From the NCBI GenBank assembly GCA_049644265.1, contig JBARRO010000139.1:5462-69461 (forward strand): DNA of 64,000 nt, given 5' to 3'. Both the position numbers and the translations under genes were made by a program. This DNA is from Bacteroidota bacterium. Lineage in GTDB: Bacteria > Bacteroidota > Ignavibacteria > UBA10030. The notes beneath the pieces were generated by a model, which did no database searches, was not told the origin of the DNA, and was given only the letters and a program-made list of their open reading frames with translations. Below, piece after piece: positions 9,357-19,189 of this stretch; the stretch's first letter is position 1; the number at the start of each line of letters is the position of its first letter.

Positions 9357-11992
9357 TAGCCAAGGCTCCGTGCGACGTTCACGACCAGTGAAAAATACGA
9401 CCCTAACGCGTATGTCGAATCATAGTAGAAGAACAGGGCACCCAGCAGCACGGCGCTTACAAGGACACCCCCCACATACACCTTTGCCGAGCTTAAGTCG
9501 TAGATAACGGAGACACCTTTGAGAATCCTGGAGAACGCCCAGAGCAAAAACACGAAGATCAGGACAAGAGAGGGAATGATGTAGAGTGGATTCTCCATGA
9601 CCTTGAACAGACTCATCGCCACGGGGCTGAGGAATATCAGCGGCATTGCACCCCAGACCGAGACGGTATAGGAATGATACCAGGAGATTTTTTTTCGAAT
9701 GAATACGGAACAAACCTTCACCAGCATTGCCAGAAGGCCAAACCCCACGAAGAAACACCCGGTAAAGGCCATAATTCCCGCCAGCGGATGCCAGGTTGCC
9801 CTGATAAACTGCTCCTTGAGCGAATCCCAAACGATGAAGTAGGTGAGCACATAGTCCGCAAACCTGTCCGCACGGTAATGATAGAGGATGCTCGACAGTA
9901 CGACCGCAAGCGTAATGGAAATTGAAAGAGCAAGCAGGAGTGTTTGAAACATCGACACGGAGTGATGGTCGCGAAGGTCGGCGAAGAAATTGTATGAACG
10001 CAGAAACGCACGCTTGATCGCCTCACCGAACCGGCGGTTGTAGGTGTACTGATACCCGACCAGAATGATCACAAACAGACCCGAGAGCACATGCGCGACG
10101 GGAAAGCTCGACCGATACGTGCCGATGGGAATGGCGTTGATTTTTTCTTCCGAGTAGAGCGCCCTGACCATTTCATACGATAACCTCTTTGCACGGTCAT
10201 AGCTCATCAGACCGACCGGGTGAACGTAGTGGTCTTCGATATTCACGTTCATGATCGGCCGGTCGCCTCGCCAGTCCGCGAACGACGATACAAAGCTGCC
10301 GGCGATCTTCAAATCCCTGATCGCGCCGTATTGCTGAAAGAAAAATCGTGCCTGAGCTTCCTGTGAGAGCGGGTCGCTGTATCCATTCCGGTTATTCTGG
10401 TCGACTTCCTTTCCATAGCTGAGCACAATCACCGGCTGGTTCGCGTGATCTTTTTTCCATTCGGACAAGAGCCGGCGAAAATTCTTCAGGTCGGCGGAAG
10501 GAAGGTTGATCGCAGCAAAGTCGACTTCCTTGGCGCACACATCGTTATAGACCATCCGTGAACCAAAATAGACGGGGCGTGCGTCGAGAGACCGCGCCAC
10601 GGCTGCAGCCTGCCGTACAAACGCGGCCGCGCGTTCATCCGCGGAGTCGAACTGGTCCCCGATTCCCCAGGCGAGCACAGCGGGGTTTTCCAGGTCGCGT
10701 TCAATCATTTCGCGTAGATAGGTGTCGGTGAGACTCTGGAAGGATTCGTCGGAGAGGATGTCGACCGGAGCGTTCCAGACGGGAACCTCTTCGAGTGCAA
10801 ACAATCCGTAGCGGGCGCAAAGGTCAATCATGTACGGATGCGGGGGATGGAACGCAAACCGCACTGCGTTGGCGCCGAGCGACTTCATCAGCACCACGTC
10901 TTTATCCATCTGTTCGTAGGTCAGGGAAGCTCCGACGCCCGGGTGGTCTTCGTGCCAGACAATGCCTTTCAGGGTCGCGGCAACACCGTTGACCTCGAAG
11001 GATTTGGCCCCGACGACCACATGGGAGAATCCGATGAGCCGGTCCATTTCATCGATGGCCAACTTTTGTTTACCCTCAACAGAGAAGATCGTCGCCCGGA
11101 GGAAATAGAGCTCGGGAGTTTCGGGACTCCACAGTCTCGGCTCGTTCATTGTCAACGAAGTCTCAACGTTGTGCTCCTTGTTCCGTTCGAGCGAGAGAGC
11201 GACCGGAAGCGATTGGGCAACGACGGCCTGCGACATCTTGTCTACCAATTCCAGACCCACCATATAGCTGACGTTCACAGGGCGGTTGTCCGAAGAGTCT
11301 TTCTTGAGTCCCTGGAACCCTCTGTTACTGATAACAGCGGATACGCGGATCGTGCCTACCTTCAGGTCCGTACTGACGGTGGGGAGTGCATGGAGCTCCG
11401 AGATCCATAATCGCGGCGTCACAAGAATGTACACATCGCGCAGAATCCCGCCGTAGTTTCTCCAACCCCAGACTTGTTTCCGCAACGGCAGCGTTGATCG
11501 TCCGTTGAGTCGATTGTCGACGACGATCTGAATGGAATTCTCCGGTCCAAGCTGCAACGCTTCGTCCGGGATATCGAACTCCGTTGTCGTGTATCCCCCG
11601 ACATGCTTCCCGATGAAGACATCGTTGACAAAAACTTCGCACTCATAGTTGATTCCGAACGCAACCAGACGAAACACGTGCGACTGAAGGAGCGATTCGT
11701 CCATCGTGAACTTCCGACGGAAGGTTACTTTTCCTTCAAAGTCGAGCGAGCTCGGGACCTTGAGTTCGCTCCATGTCTCTTTGTCCGTTGAGAATGTCCA
11801 GGTTCCGGCGAGGTCGATTTTCTCTCGCAGCGGTGTGTCGGGATAGATGCCGGCGTCCTGGCCCCTGAGCGTCGGCTGGCCATTTTCCAGAATCCGTTGT
11901 TGTGCAAAAACCGGGGTAATTAGAAATAATGCGGAGACAAGTGGAAGAAAAAGGCTGAAAATACGGGGGAAAATGTGAGGTTTTCTTGTCAA
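9356..11992 (-). CDS. Glycoside hydrolase family 2-like periplasmic domain fused to a C-terminal polytopic (about 8 TM) membrane domain
   Basis: 904-aa ORF. Probable TTG start at 11992 gives a signal peptide MTRKPHIFPRIFSLFLPLVSALFLITPVFA-QQ. GH2 sugar-binding and TIM-barrel regions are recognisable, followed by eight hydrophobic helices. Stop overlaps the smc start. Confidence 0.65.
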   Translation of the reverse strand: MTRKPHIFPRIFSLFLPLVSALFLITPVFAQQRILENGQPTLRGQDAGIYPDTPLREKIDLAGTWTFSTDKETWSELKVPSSLDFEGKVTFRRKFTMDESLLQSHVFRLVAFGINYECEVFVNDVFIGKHVGGYTTTEFDIPDEALQLGPENSIQIVVDNRLNGRSTLPLRKQVWGWRNYGGILRDVYILVTPRLWISELHALPTVSTDLKVGTIRVSAVISNRGFQGLKKDSSDNRPVNVSYMVGLELVDKMSQAVVAQSLPVALSLERNKEHNVETSLTMNEPRLWSPETPELYFLRATIFSVEGKQKLAIDEMDRLIGFSHVVVGAKSFEVNGVAATLKGIVWHEDHPGVGASLTYEQMDKDVVLMKSLGANAVRFAFHPPHPYMIDLCARYGLFALEEVPVWNAPVDILSDESFQSLTDTYLREMIERDLENPAVLAWGIGDQFDSADERAAAFVRQAAAVARSLDARPVYFGSRMVYNDVCAKEVDFAAINLPSADLKNFRRLLSEWKKDHANQPVIVLSYGKEVDQNNRNGYSDPLSQEAQARFFFQQYGAIRDLKIAGSFVSSFADWRGDRPIMNVNIEDHYVHPVGLMSYDRAKRLSYEMVRALYSEEKINAIPIGTYRSSFPVAHVLSGLFVIILVGYQYTYNRRFGEAIKRAFLRSYNFFADLRDHHSVSMFQTLLLALSISITLAVVLSSILYHYRADRFADYVLTYFIVWDSLKEQFIRATWHPLAGIMAFTGCFFVGFGLLAMLVKVCSVFIRKKISWYHSYTVSVWGAMPLIFLSPVAMSLFKVMENPLYIIPSLVLIFVFLLWAFSRILKGVSVIYDLSSAKVYVGGVLVSAVLLGALFFYYDSTYALGSYFSLVVNVARSLG

Positions 11993-12078
11993 TTCAGTTG
12001 AAGCAGGATGTGCGCCAAGAAGCTGTCGGAAAACCCGACAATACGCAGAATGACTCTGAATATAATACAAAAAGGAGG

Positions 12079-12107
12079 GGAAAGCAACGGAAAAGGGCGG
12101 TCTGACG
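12079..12107 (-). terminator. Putative rho-independent terminator downstream of tpiA
   Basis: Imperfect GC-rich stem (aagggcggtc / gaccgcccctt) followed on the minus strand by TTTTCC. Confidence 0.4.
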
Positions 12108-12204
12108 ACCGCCCCTTGAATTTAGGAAGCTGTAAAATGAAGAGATTAATGGAACTTGTGGATGCTCGATGTAATCCCGGGCGAGTTTTCTTCAAGCGCT
12201 GCAG

Positions 12205-12969
12205 CTACTCACCTGCTGCCGCCTTAATGATCGAGGCAAATGAGTCGGCCTTAAGGCAAGCGCCGCCTACGAGTGCGCCGTCGATGTCCGGCTGCTTCAT
12301 AAGGTCTGCGGCATTTTCCGGCTTGACGCTCCCGCCATACTGCAGGACGACTTTCTCTGCAACAATCCAGCCATACACCTGACCCACCTGCTTCCGGATG
12401 AATTGATGAACATCCTGTGCCTGCTGCGGCGTCGCGACTTTTCCGGTACCGATTGCCCAGACCGGCTCGTACGCGACGATCAGCCGTTCGACTTCCGGGG
12501 AAGCGAGCTCTTTCAGACACCCTCTCACCTGAACAGACACAACTTGTTCCGTGATGTTCCTTTCCCGCTCCTGAAGCGTCTCGCCAACACACACGATGGG
12601 GATCAAACCAGCAGCAATCGCCTTCTTCGCCTTCTTGTTGATGAGGTCGTTCGTCTCGCCAAAATACTGACGCCGCTCGGAGTGGCCAAGTATGACGTAG
12701 GCGCAGCCGGCTGACTTCAACATCTTTGAAGAAATTTCTCCAGTGAACGCGCCATCGTCTTCAACGTGCATGTTCTGCGCGCCGAGGGCGATCGGACTTC
12801 CCTCCAGAACCTTGTGGGCGAGGGAGAGAGACGTAAATGGCGGGCAGACGATCACCCGGGTTCCTTTGAGTGGGAAATTAAGCTTGGTTTTGAGATCATT
12901 CAAGAGTGCGGAGGATTCGCCAAGATCCTTGTACATTTTCCAGTTGCCGGCGATGATTTTGGGTCTCAT
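12205..12969 (-). CDS. tpiA: Triosephosphate isomerase
   Basis: 254 aa. Motifs IIAGNWKM, GHSERR, AYEPVWAIGTG. Confidence 0.95.
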   Translation of the reverse strand: MRPKIIAGNWKMYKDLGESSALLNDLKTKLNFPLKGTRVIVCPPFTSLSLAHKVLEGSPIALGAQNMHVEDDGAFTGEISSKMLKSAGCAYVILGHSERRQYFGETNDLINKKAKKAIAAGLIPIVCVGETLQERERNITEQVVSVQVRGCLKELASPEVERLIVAYEPVWAIGTGKVATPQQAQDVHQFIRKQVGQVYGWIVAEKVVLQYGGSVKPENAADLMKQPDIDGALVGGACLKADSFASIIKAAAGE

Positions 12970-12984
12970 GATGTCTTTGAGAGT

Positions 12985-13030
12985 CTATGAGTGGATGAGT
13001 AGATGAGTAGTGGAGTAGTGAAGAAAGAGA
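12985..13030. repeat. GAGTAGATGAG-type word repeat, left flank of the four-helix-bundle gene
   Basis: Sequence gagtggatgagtagatgagtagtggagtagtgaag. The same words occur reverse-complemented at 13395-13445. Confidence 0.6.
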
Positions 13031-13032
13031 TG

Positions 13033-13386
13033 CTATCTTAGCAACGATTTTTGTAGACCGTACAGCATCGCAATGATCTCATTGAACTGCTTGAGAATAT
13101 CTTGATAGGTTGCCTCCTGCATGAAATCATTTTCCAGAGCAATATCGAGGCAACCTACGCACTCGAAAGCGGAACGAATTGAGTAATCAAGAAAACGCGC
13201 GAATTCTTTTTTTGTCGTGTTTCCCGCACCTTCAGCAATATTCAGAACAATCGAATCCGTAGCCCTTTTGAATTGCGAGGTTAATACGAATAGTTCGTCT
13301 TTCGGGAATCTTCTTACTGTCTGCCTTACAACCTTTGTCATCGAAAGCGCTTTTCGATAGACATTTAGATCCTTGAATTTGTTCAT
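13033..13386 (-). CDS. Four-helix-bundle protein (23S rRNA intervening-sequence protein family, TIGR02436-like)
   Basis: 117 aa. Similar to the small Bacteroidetes/Leptospira four-helix-bundle proteins. Flanked by inverted word repeats. Confidence 0.7.
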   Translation of the reverse strand: MNKFKDLNVYRKALSMTKVVRQTVRRFPKDELFVLTSQFKRATDSIVLNIAEGAGNTTKKEFARFLDYSIRSAFECVGCLDIALENDFMQEATYQDILKQFNEIIAMLYGLQKSLLR

Positions 13387-13394
13387 GGAATCCC

Positions 13395-13445
13395 CCTTTT
13401 TTGGTTGATTTTACTCAACTACTCCATTACTTCACTACTTCTTCT
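13395..13445. repeat. Reverse-complement copy of the GAGTAGTGAAG word repeat, right flank of the four-helix-bundle gene
   Basis: Sequence ctcaactactccattacttcactacttcttctcc is the reverse complement of the words at 12985-13030. Confidence 0.6.
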
Positions 13446-14898
13446 CCCCCAACTTCCTCCTCAACACCTCATTCACCACCTTGGGATTAGCCTTCCCCTT
13501 CATCATCTTCATCGTCTCTCCCACGAAAAAGCCGAACAGATTCATCTTCCCTTCGTTGAATTTCTTCACCTGCTCCTGATTCCTGGAGAGGATTTCATCC
13601 ACGACTTTTTCGATTGCCGCCGTGTCGCTGACTTGCACAAGGCCAAGCTTCTGCACAATTGCTTTGGGGGATTCGGCCGTGTTGAGCATTTCCTCGAAGA
13701 CTTCTTTTGCAATCTTGCTGCTAATCGTCCCATCGACGAGGAGGTCGATCATTTCGGAGAGATACTTCGATGCAACCGGGAATTCTACAACTGCAACGCG
13801 GCGCTCTTTGACAACTCTCAGCACATCGCCCATCGTCCAGTTGCTGGCCAGCTTGAATGTTTCATCATTTTTCCTGCCCAAATGTTTCACCACACTCTCG
13901 AAGTAATCCGCCAGGTCTTTCTCCGCGGTCAAGATATCGGCGTCATACTTCGGAAGCTTGTATTCGCCGACATATCGATCCCTGCGGGCGGAGGGCAGTT
14001 CCGGCAGAGTTTTGCCTATTTCTTCTATCCATTCCCGTTCGACCAGGACGGGAACAAGGTCCGGCTCCGGGAAGTACCGGTAGTCGTGCGCCTCTTCTTT
14101 GGAACGCATGGAGACAGCAATTCCCTGACCCGCATCCCACAGCAGCGTCTCCTGCTCGATCGTTCCCCCACTCTCGAGCAGATCAATCTGGCGATTGATT
14201 TCGAACTCGAGCGCCCGCTCCACAAACCGGAATGAATTCATATTCTTGACTTCTGTCTTCACACCAAAGGTCGTCACTCCCTTCCTTCGGACCGAAACGT
14301 TCGCGTCACAGCGGAGACTTCCCTCCTCCATATTGCCATCGCAAATGCCGAGGTACGTCACCATCTGTCTGATTTTCGAAAGCGCATGTGCCGCCTCATG
14401 CGGCGACCGTATGTCCGGCTCGGTAACGATTTCGATGAGTGGAACACCGCAGCGATTCAAGTCAACGAGCGTGTCGACGTCAAGGTCGTGAATGGATTTG
14501 CCGGCATCTTCCTCCATATGAATGCGCGTGATGCCGATTGTCTTCTTCCTTCCATCCTCCGACTCAATCTCCAAAGAACCGTTGGAGCAAATCGGTTCTT
14601 CATACTGGGAGATCTGATAGCCCTTCGGCAGGTCAGGATAGAAGTAATTCTTTCGCGCGAAAATTGATTTGGGCGCTATCGTGCATCCCATGGAGAGTCC
14701 CAGCTTGATTGCAAACTCGACAACATTCTTATTGAGGACCGGCAGAACGCCCGGCATGCCGAGGCAAACGGGGCATACGTTGGAGTTCGGGTCGTTGCCA
14801 AATTTCGTCGAGCAGCTGCAGAATGCCTTGGAGGCCGTCAGGAGTTGGGCGTGAACTTCGAGGCCGATGACGGGTTCGTATGCGTCGTTCCAGGGCAT
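13435..14898 (-). CDS. gatB: Asp-tRNA(Asn)/Glu-tRNA(Gln) amidotransferase subunit B
   Basis: 487 aa. N-terminus [11 protein letters not shown], CxxC region and overall GatB-like sequence. Confidence 0.95.
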   Translation of the reverse strand: MPWNDAYEPVIGLEVHAQLLTASKAFCSCSTKFGNDPNSNVCPVCLGMPGVLPVLNKNVVEFAIKLGLSMGCTIAPKSIFARKNYFYPDLPKGYQISQYEEPICSNGSLEIESEDGRKKTIGITRIHMEEDAGKSIHDLDVDTLVDLNRCGVPLIEIVTEPDIRSPHEAAHALSKIRQMVTYLGICDGNMEEGSLRCDANVSVRRKGVTTFGVKTEVKNMNSFRFVERALEFEINRQIDLLESGGTIEQETLLWDAGQGIAVSMRSKEEAHDYRYFPEPDLVPVLVEREWIEEIGKTLPELPSARRDRYVGEYKLPKYDADILTAEKDLADYFESVVKHLGRKNDETFKLASNWTMGDVLRVVKERRVAVVEFPVASKYLSEMIDLLVDGTISSKIAKEVFEEMLNTAESPKAIVQKLGLVQVSDTAAIEKVVDEILSRNQEQVKKFNEGKMNLFGFFVGETMKMMKGKANPKVVNEVLRRKLGEKK

Positions 14899-14948
14899 GA
14901 GGAAGTTGTTTGAATTGTTGGATGGTTGGTATCTTGAGAACGTCGGCT

Positions 14949-15518
14949 CTAGTGTCGGATGAGGTACCGTGCCCTTCCCTCCCGGACACGGAACCCGATT
15001 TGCCTGTCCACTTTCGGAGGGGAGCTCATAAGCTGACGAATGGCTTCCACGATAGCGATAATGTCATCATCGTGTCTCTTCACGTGCGATTCAAGAAGCC
15101 TCAGTTTGTCAGCAAGCTTTCGGTGCGTGGAAAGAAGCTCTCTCAGTTTCACAAAGGCACGCACGACGTACAGACTCGCTTCGATGGCTCTTCCTGAATT
15201 GAGGACGCTCGCGAGCATGATCGCCCCGTGCTCCGTGAAGGCATACGGAGGATATCGTCGCCCGCCACGACCCGTTTTTGAGGTTTCAAATTGAAACCTC
15301 AAAGCGGTACGGACAGCAGAGAACTCTCGTGGCGTAAGCCGAAACACCATGTCCGGAGGAAAACGGAGAGGGTTGCGCTTCACAGCGAGATTCAGAGACT
15401 TCGTGGGGACACCATACAGCTCAGCCAGATCGCGATCCAGCATGACTTTCTTTCCCCGAAGAACGAGAATTGCTTTCTGAATCCGCTCAACCGGGATGAG
15501 CACACGACGAACATTCAT
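14949..15518 (-). CDS. ORF6N (KilA-N-like) domain protein
   Basis: 189 aa. N-terminal ORF6N/KilA-N DNA-binding region and the C-terminal helical region typical of Bacteroidetes ORF6N paralogues. Sits alone between gatB and sucC with 50-bp and 22-bp gaps. Confidence 0.7.
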   Translation of the reverse strand: MNVRRVLIPVERIQKAILVLRGKKVMLDRDLAELYGVPTKSLNLAVKRNPLRFPPDMVFRLTPREFSAVRTALRFQFETSKTGRGGRRYPPYAFTEHGAIMLASVLNSGRAIEASLYVVRAFVKLRELLSTHRKLADKLRLLESHVKRHDDDIIAIVEAIRQLMSSPPKVDRQIGFRVREGRARYLIRH

Positions 15519-15540
15519 TGTTCCCCCCTCTCAACGATTT

Positions 15541-16704
15541 CTACGCGGCGATTGCCCTCGTAACTTTCTCTGCTGCTTCTTTGAGACTTCCCGCAACATC
15601 AAAGCTCAGGCCGGAGTTTTTCAGAATCTCCGCGGCGAGTTCGGCGTTCGTGCCAGCCAGCCTGATGACGATCGGAACGTGGACGTCAACCTTCTTTGCT
15701 GCTTCGACAACGCCCGTGGCAACACGGTCGCAGCGGACGATGCCGCCGAAAATGTTAATAAGAATCGCTTTCACGTGCGGATCTTTGAGAATGATCTTGA
15801 ATCCCGCTTCGACTGTCTGTGCACTCGCGCCTCCACCGACATCGAGAAAATTCGCCGGCATCCCTCCGGCAAGCTTGATGATGTCCATCGTCCCCATCGC
15901 CAGACCAGCCCCGTTGACCATGCAGCCGACATTTCCGTCGAGCTTGATGTAGTTCAGATTCGACGCGGACGCCTCGACCTCAAGCGGGTCCTCCTCATCG
16001 AGGTCCCGCAGCGACGCATAATCGGGATGACGGTAGAGCGCATTGTCGTCAAAGTTGATTTTGGCATCCAGGGCGATCACATTACCCTCCTTGGTAATGA
16101 CCAGCGGATTGATTTCCGCCAACGATGCATCCGTTGCTTCGTACGCTTTGTAGAGCGCCAGGAGGAATTTCACGCCGTTCTTGAAGGCATCCCCCGTCAA
16201 TCCAAGGCCAAAGCAGAGCGACCGCGCCTGGAATTGCTGCATGCCGACTCCCGGTTGCACGTATTCTTTGAGGATCTTTTCCGGAGTCTCAGCTGCCACT
16301 TTCTCTATCTCAACGCCACCCTCGGTAGAAGCCATGACCACGTTTTGCGAGCGAGCACGGTCAAGCGTCACGCCGACGTACAGCTCCCTGGCAATGTTCA
16401 TTCCCTGTTCGATGAGCAGACGCTTGACGATCCTGCCTTCAGGGCCTGTTTGATGCGTCACGAGCCGCATTCCCAAAATTTCCGTCGCGCGCGACCGGAC
16501 TTCGTCGAGACTGCGCGCCAGTTTCACGCCGCCGCCTTTTCCGCGACCCCCCGCGTGGATCTGGGCTTTCACAACCCAGACTTGTCCTCCGACTTTTTCA
16601 GCCGCCTTGACCGCTTCATCGACGGTGAACGCGACTTCACCTTTAGGCACGGGGACGTTGTATTTTTTGAGGATTTCTTTGCCCTGGTATTCGTGGATTT
16701 TCAT
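15541..16704 (-). CDS. sucC: Succinate--CoA ligase (ADP-forming) beta subunit
   Basis: 387 aa. [13 protein letters not shown]-terminus, ATP-grasp domain and CoA-ligase domain. Confidence 0.95.
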   Translation of the reverse strand: MKIHEYQGKEILKKYNVPVPKGEVAFTVDEAVKAAEKVGGQVWVVKAQIHAGGRGKGGGVKLARSLDEVRSRATEILGMRLVTHQTGPEGRIVKRLLIEQGMNIARELYVGVTLDRARSQNVVMASTEGGVEIEKVAAETPEKILKEYVQPGVGMQQFQARSLCFGLGLTGDAFKNGVKFLLALYKAYEATDASLAEINPLVITKEGNVIALDAKINFDDNALYRHPDYASLRDLDEEDPLEVEASASNLNYIKLDGNVGCMVNGAGLAMGTMDIIKLAGGMPANFLDVGGGASAQTVEAGFKIILKDPHVKAILINIFGGIVRCDRVATGVVEAAKKVDVHVPIVIRLAGTNAELAAEILKNSGLSFDVAGSLKEAAEKVTRAIAA

Positions 16705-16705
16705 G

Positions 16706-16800
16706 GAGATTTAAGAGTTTAAAGTTTCTAGTTTAAAGTTTAGGGTTTGAGAGCTGAGGGCTGAGGTTTGGCGAGCACTACTTTAGTTTTGAGTTTGCAG
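16706..16800. repeat. GAGTTTA-period word array
   Basis: Sequence gagatttaagagtttaaagtttctagtttaaagtttagggtttgagagctgagggctgaggtttgg with a 7-nt period. Confidence 0.6.
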
Positions 16801-16837
16801 AAAAATTCCAGCGTGCAGGCAGTAGAGAAACCATTAC

Positions 16838-16925
16838 CCATTACTTATTGCTCATAGCTTATTCTCCGTTCTTCATTGTTCATTGCTCATTGTTCATTGC
16901 ATCATTGTCCATCGCATCGTTGTCC
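16838..16925. repeat. CATTGYYCATTG word array overlapping the 3' end of a CDS
   Basis: Sequence cattgttcattgctcattgttcattgcatcattgtccatcgcatcgttgtccattgcc. The part inside the gene encodes the DNDAMDNDAMNNEQ tail. Confidence 0.6.
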
Positions 16926-17403
16926 ATTGCCTTCTCCCACTCTTCAAACTCTTTCCTGGCAGCGACGTATTCGGGGATCGGAACAAACACCTTGGCCGGT
17001 TTGCTCAGGTTGCTGCGGGACTGAGGGGAGTCTCCGCCTCCGTCCCAGACAAATCCGATTGAATTGAAATTCTGCGGCAACACCGTGAATCCCTGCGATC
17101 CGAGGAATGAGCGGACGAGTTCTGCATCGTTGATTTCCGTCGATTGGAAGAGCTTTGCCCAATCCTGTTGGACCTCGACTTTGCAATGGCTCAGACAAAA
17201 CTGACGGCCGCGAACAACCTTCGCACATTCCTTGCAGACAACCTTCCGGCAGATAATGCAAACCCCTGACGAAATATTCTCCGGATGGGTCTCACAGAAG
17301 ACATCCGTTCCGCCCTCAAAGAGTATTCCGCAGTGGGGACAGAAATCGGAGTCTGCGGTGACTTCTTCAGAGCAGTTGGGACATGCGGTCAGTTGAGACA
17401 TAT
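16880..17403 (-). CDS. Zinc-ribbon / B-box-like plus DUF2007-like protein
   Basis: ATG at 17403 gives MSQLTACPNCSEEV. There are two Cys clusters (CPNC...CPHC and a B-box-like CETH...C..C..C...H..C). The C-terminus is a repeat-encoded low-complexity tail. The annotated 193-aa ORF has a further upstream in-frame extension that I discount. Confidence 0.55.
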
Positions 17404-17482
17404 AATAGACTCTTGGAGAAGGTGGTAGGTGTGAGGTGGTAGGAAGATATTCCCCTTCCACCTACGACCTATCACCTTCTTC

Positions 17483-19039
17483 CTATTTTATCTTCTCAGC
17501 AATGGACTTCGCTTGAAGGAAGAGCAACAGGTAGTCATGTCCGCCGGCTTTCGAATCCGTTCCCGACATATTGAATCCGCCGAACGGATGAACTCCTACA
17601 AGAGCTCCGGTAATTTTGCGATTCACATAAAAATTCCCCACATGAAAGGACTTCTTCGCCTTCTCGATCTTCTTTCGATTCCTTGTCCAAACACCGCCCG
17701 TGAGACCGAATTCCGTGTTGTTCGCTATCTCCAACGCCTGGTCGAAGTTCTTCGCTTTGATGACGGCCAGGACTGGTCCGAAAATTTCCTCCTGGGAAAT
17801 TGTCGCTTTCGCATCAACGTCAGCAATGACGGTCGGCTTGATGAAGTACCCGTCTTCGTTCAGACTCATTCCGCCGGCGATCAGGCGGCCGCCTTCCTGC
17901 TGCCCCTTTTCGATATACTGGAGGATTTTCTCCTGGGCGCCTTTGTTGATCACCGGACCGATGTAGTTCGACTGCTTTTCAGAATTTCCGACCACAAGTT
18001 TGCTGGTTTTCTCTTTCAGGAGGTCGACGAATTTGTCGTACACCTTTTCGACAACAATCGCCCGTGATGCAGCGGAACACTTTTGACCCTGGAAACCGAA
18101 AGCCGACACAACCGTCGCCTGAGCGGCGGCTTCAAGGTCGGTGTCATCGTCGACGACGATGGAGTCCTTTCCTCCCATCTCCACAACGACCCGCTTGAGC
18201 CATTTTTGTCCGGGCTGGACCTTTGCTGCAAGCTCGTTGATATGAATTCCAACTTCCTTGGATCCCGTGAATGAAATGAACCGGGTCAGTGGATGGGCGA
18301 CCATCGTGTCACCGACGGACCCGCCGGGTCCCGTGATAAAATTAATCACTCCTGCGGGCAATCCCACTTCGCGCATCAGGTTGAAGTAGTACCACCCTGT
18401 CAGGGGCGAATCGCTGGAGGGCTTGAGAGCAACGGTATTTCCCGTGACAACGGCGGCTGAGGCCATCCCCGTGAGGATGGCGAGTGCGAAGTTCCAGGGA
18501 GGAACCACAACACCGGCGCCAAGGGGGATGTACACCAGCTCGTTCTTTTCCTGCGGGTGCTTGACCACGGGCTGGGGTCCGGCAAACCGGAGCATCTCGC
18601 GAGCGTAGAACTCCATGAAATCGATCGCCTCAGCGGTATCGGCATCGGCTTCGGGCCACGTTTTGCCGACTTCGTAGACCATGACGGCGCTGAACTCGTG
18701 CTTTCTTTTACGCATCAACTTCGCGGCTTTGACGAGATATTCGACCCGCTTTTTCGGGTCGACCAGCTTCCATTGTTCGAATTTCGCCGCAGTAGTTTCC
18801 ACGGCTCTTTTTGCCAGTGCCTCATCGGCTTTCTGAAACACGCCGACCACTTGTGAGGGTTTGGAAGGATTATAGGAATAGAGCTTATTCTCAGTGCGGA
18901 TTTCTTCGCCGCCGATAACGATGGGGTATTCTTTACCGAAGTTCGCCTTCACTTTGGCCAGCGCCTTTTCCATTGCACTCCGGTTTGCCGGCTTTGTGAA
19001 ATCGGTCAACGGTTCATTCTTGAATTTCGGGAGAGCCAT
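17483..19039 (-). CDS. pruA: Aldehyde dehydrogenase, L-glutamate gamma-semialdehyde (1-pyrroline-5-carboxylate) dehydrogenase family
   Basis: 518 aa. ALDH fold with catalytic Cys (QGQKCSAASR) and conserved Glu (VVEMGGKD). N-terminal region resembles RocA/PruA. Confidence 0.8.
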   Translation of the reverse strand: MALPKFKNEPLTDFTKPANRSAMEKALAKVKANFGKEYPIVIGGEEIRTENKLYSYNPSKPSQVVGVFQKADEALAKRAVETTAAKFEQWKLVDPKKRVEYLVKAAKLMRKRKHEFSAVMVYEVGKTWPEADADTAEAIDFMEFYAREMLRFAGPQPVVKHPQEKNELVYIPLGAGVVVPPWNFALAILTGMASAAVVTGNTVALKPSSDSPLTGWYYFNLMREVGLPAGVINFITGPGGSVGDTMVAHPLTRFISFTGSKEVGIHINELAAKVQPGQKWLKRVVVEMGGKDSIVVDDDTDLEAAAQATVVSAFGFQGQKCSAASRAIVVEKVYDKFVDLLKEKTSKLVVGNSEKQSNYIGPVINKGAQEKILQYIEKGQQEGGRLIAGGMSLNEDGYFIKPTVIADVDAKATISQEEIFGPVLAVIKAKNFDQALEIANNTEFGLTGGVWTRNRKKIEKAKKSFHVGNFYVNRKITGALVGVHPFGGFNMSGTDSKAGGHDYLLLFLQAKSIAEKIK

Positions 19040-19144
19040 TACTTCAGTTCCTTTCTAAAGATTCTCTGATGCTGACGTACTGTTTAATGTAAGAAAATAT
19101 TCGAAGAGAGAGAAGGGACTCATCCCCCTTCTGATATCTCCCCC

Positions 19145-19168
19145 TTCTCTAACTCGAGTTAGAGAAGC
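19145..19168. promoter_or_regulatory. Perfect 24-bp palindrome (12-bp arms, no spacer)
   Basis: Sequence cttctctaactcgagttagagaag is exactly self-complementary. It lies about 110 bp upstream of pruA and just downstream of the nagZ fusion stop. It could be an operator or a hairpin. Confidence 0.3.
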
Positions 19169-19189
19169 GGGAATAGAGTCGTTTCCGCG

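Noticed and set aside
13405-14235. 276-aa plus-strand ORF
   Set aside because: Antisense to gatB.
15496-16722. 408-aa plus-strand ORF
   Set aside because: Antisense to sucC, whose ATP-grasp motifs are unambiguous on the minus strand.
16706-16925. Possible CRISPR array, suggested by regularly spaced short repeats here and in the other word arrays
   Set aside because: Units are 7-9 nt with no approximately 30-nt unique spacers and no cas genes in the window. These are microsatellite-like word repeats, not CRISPR.
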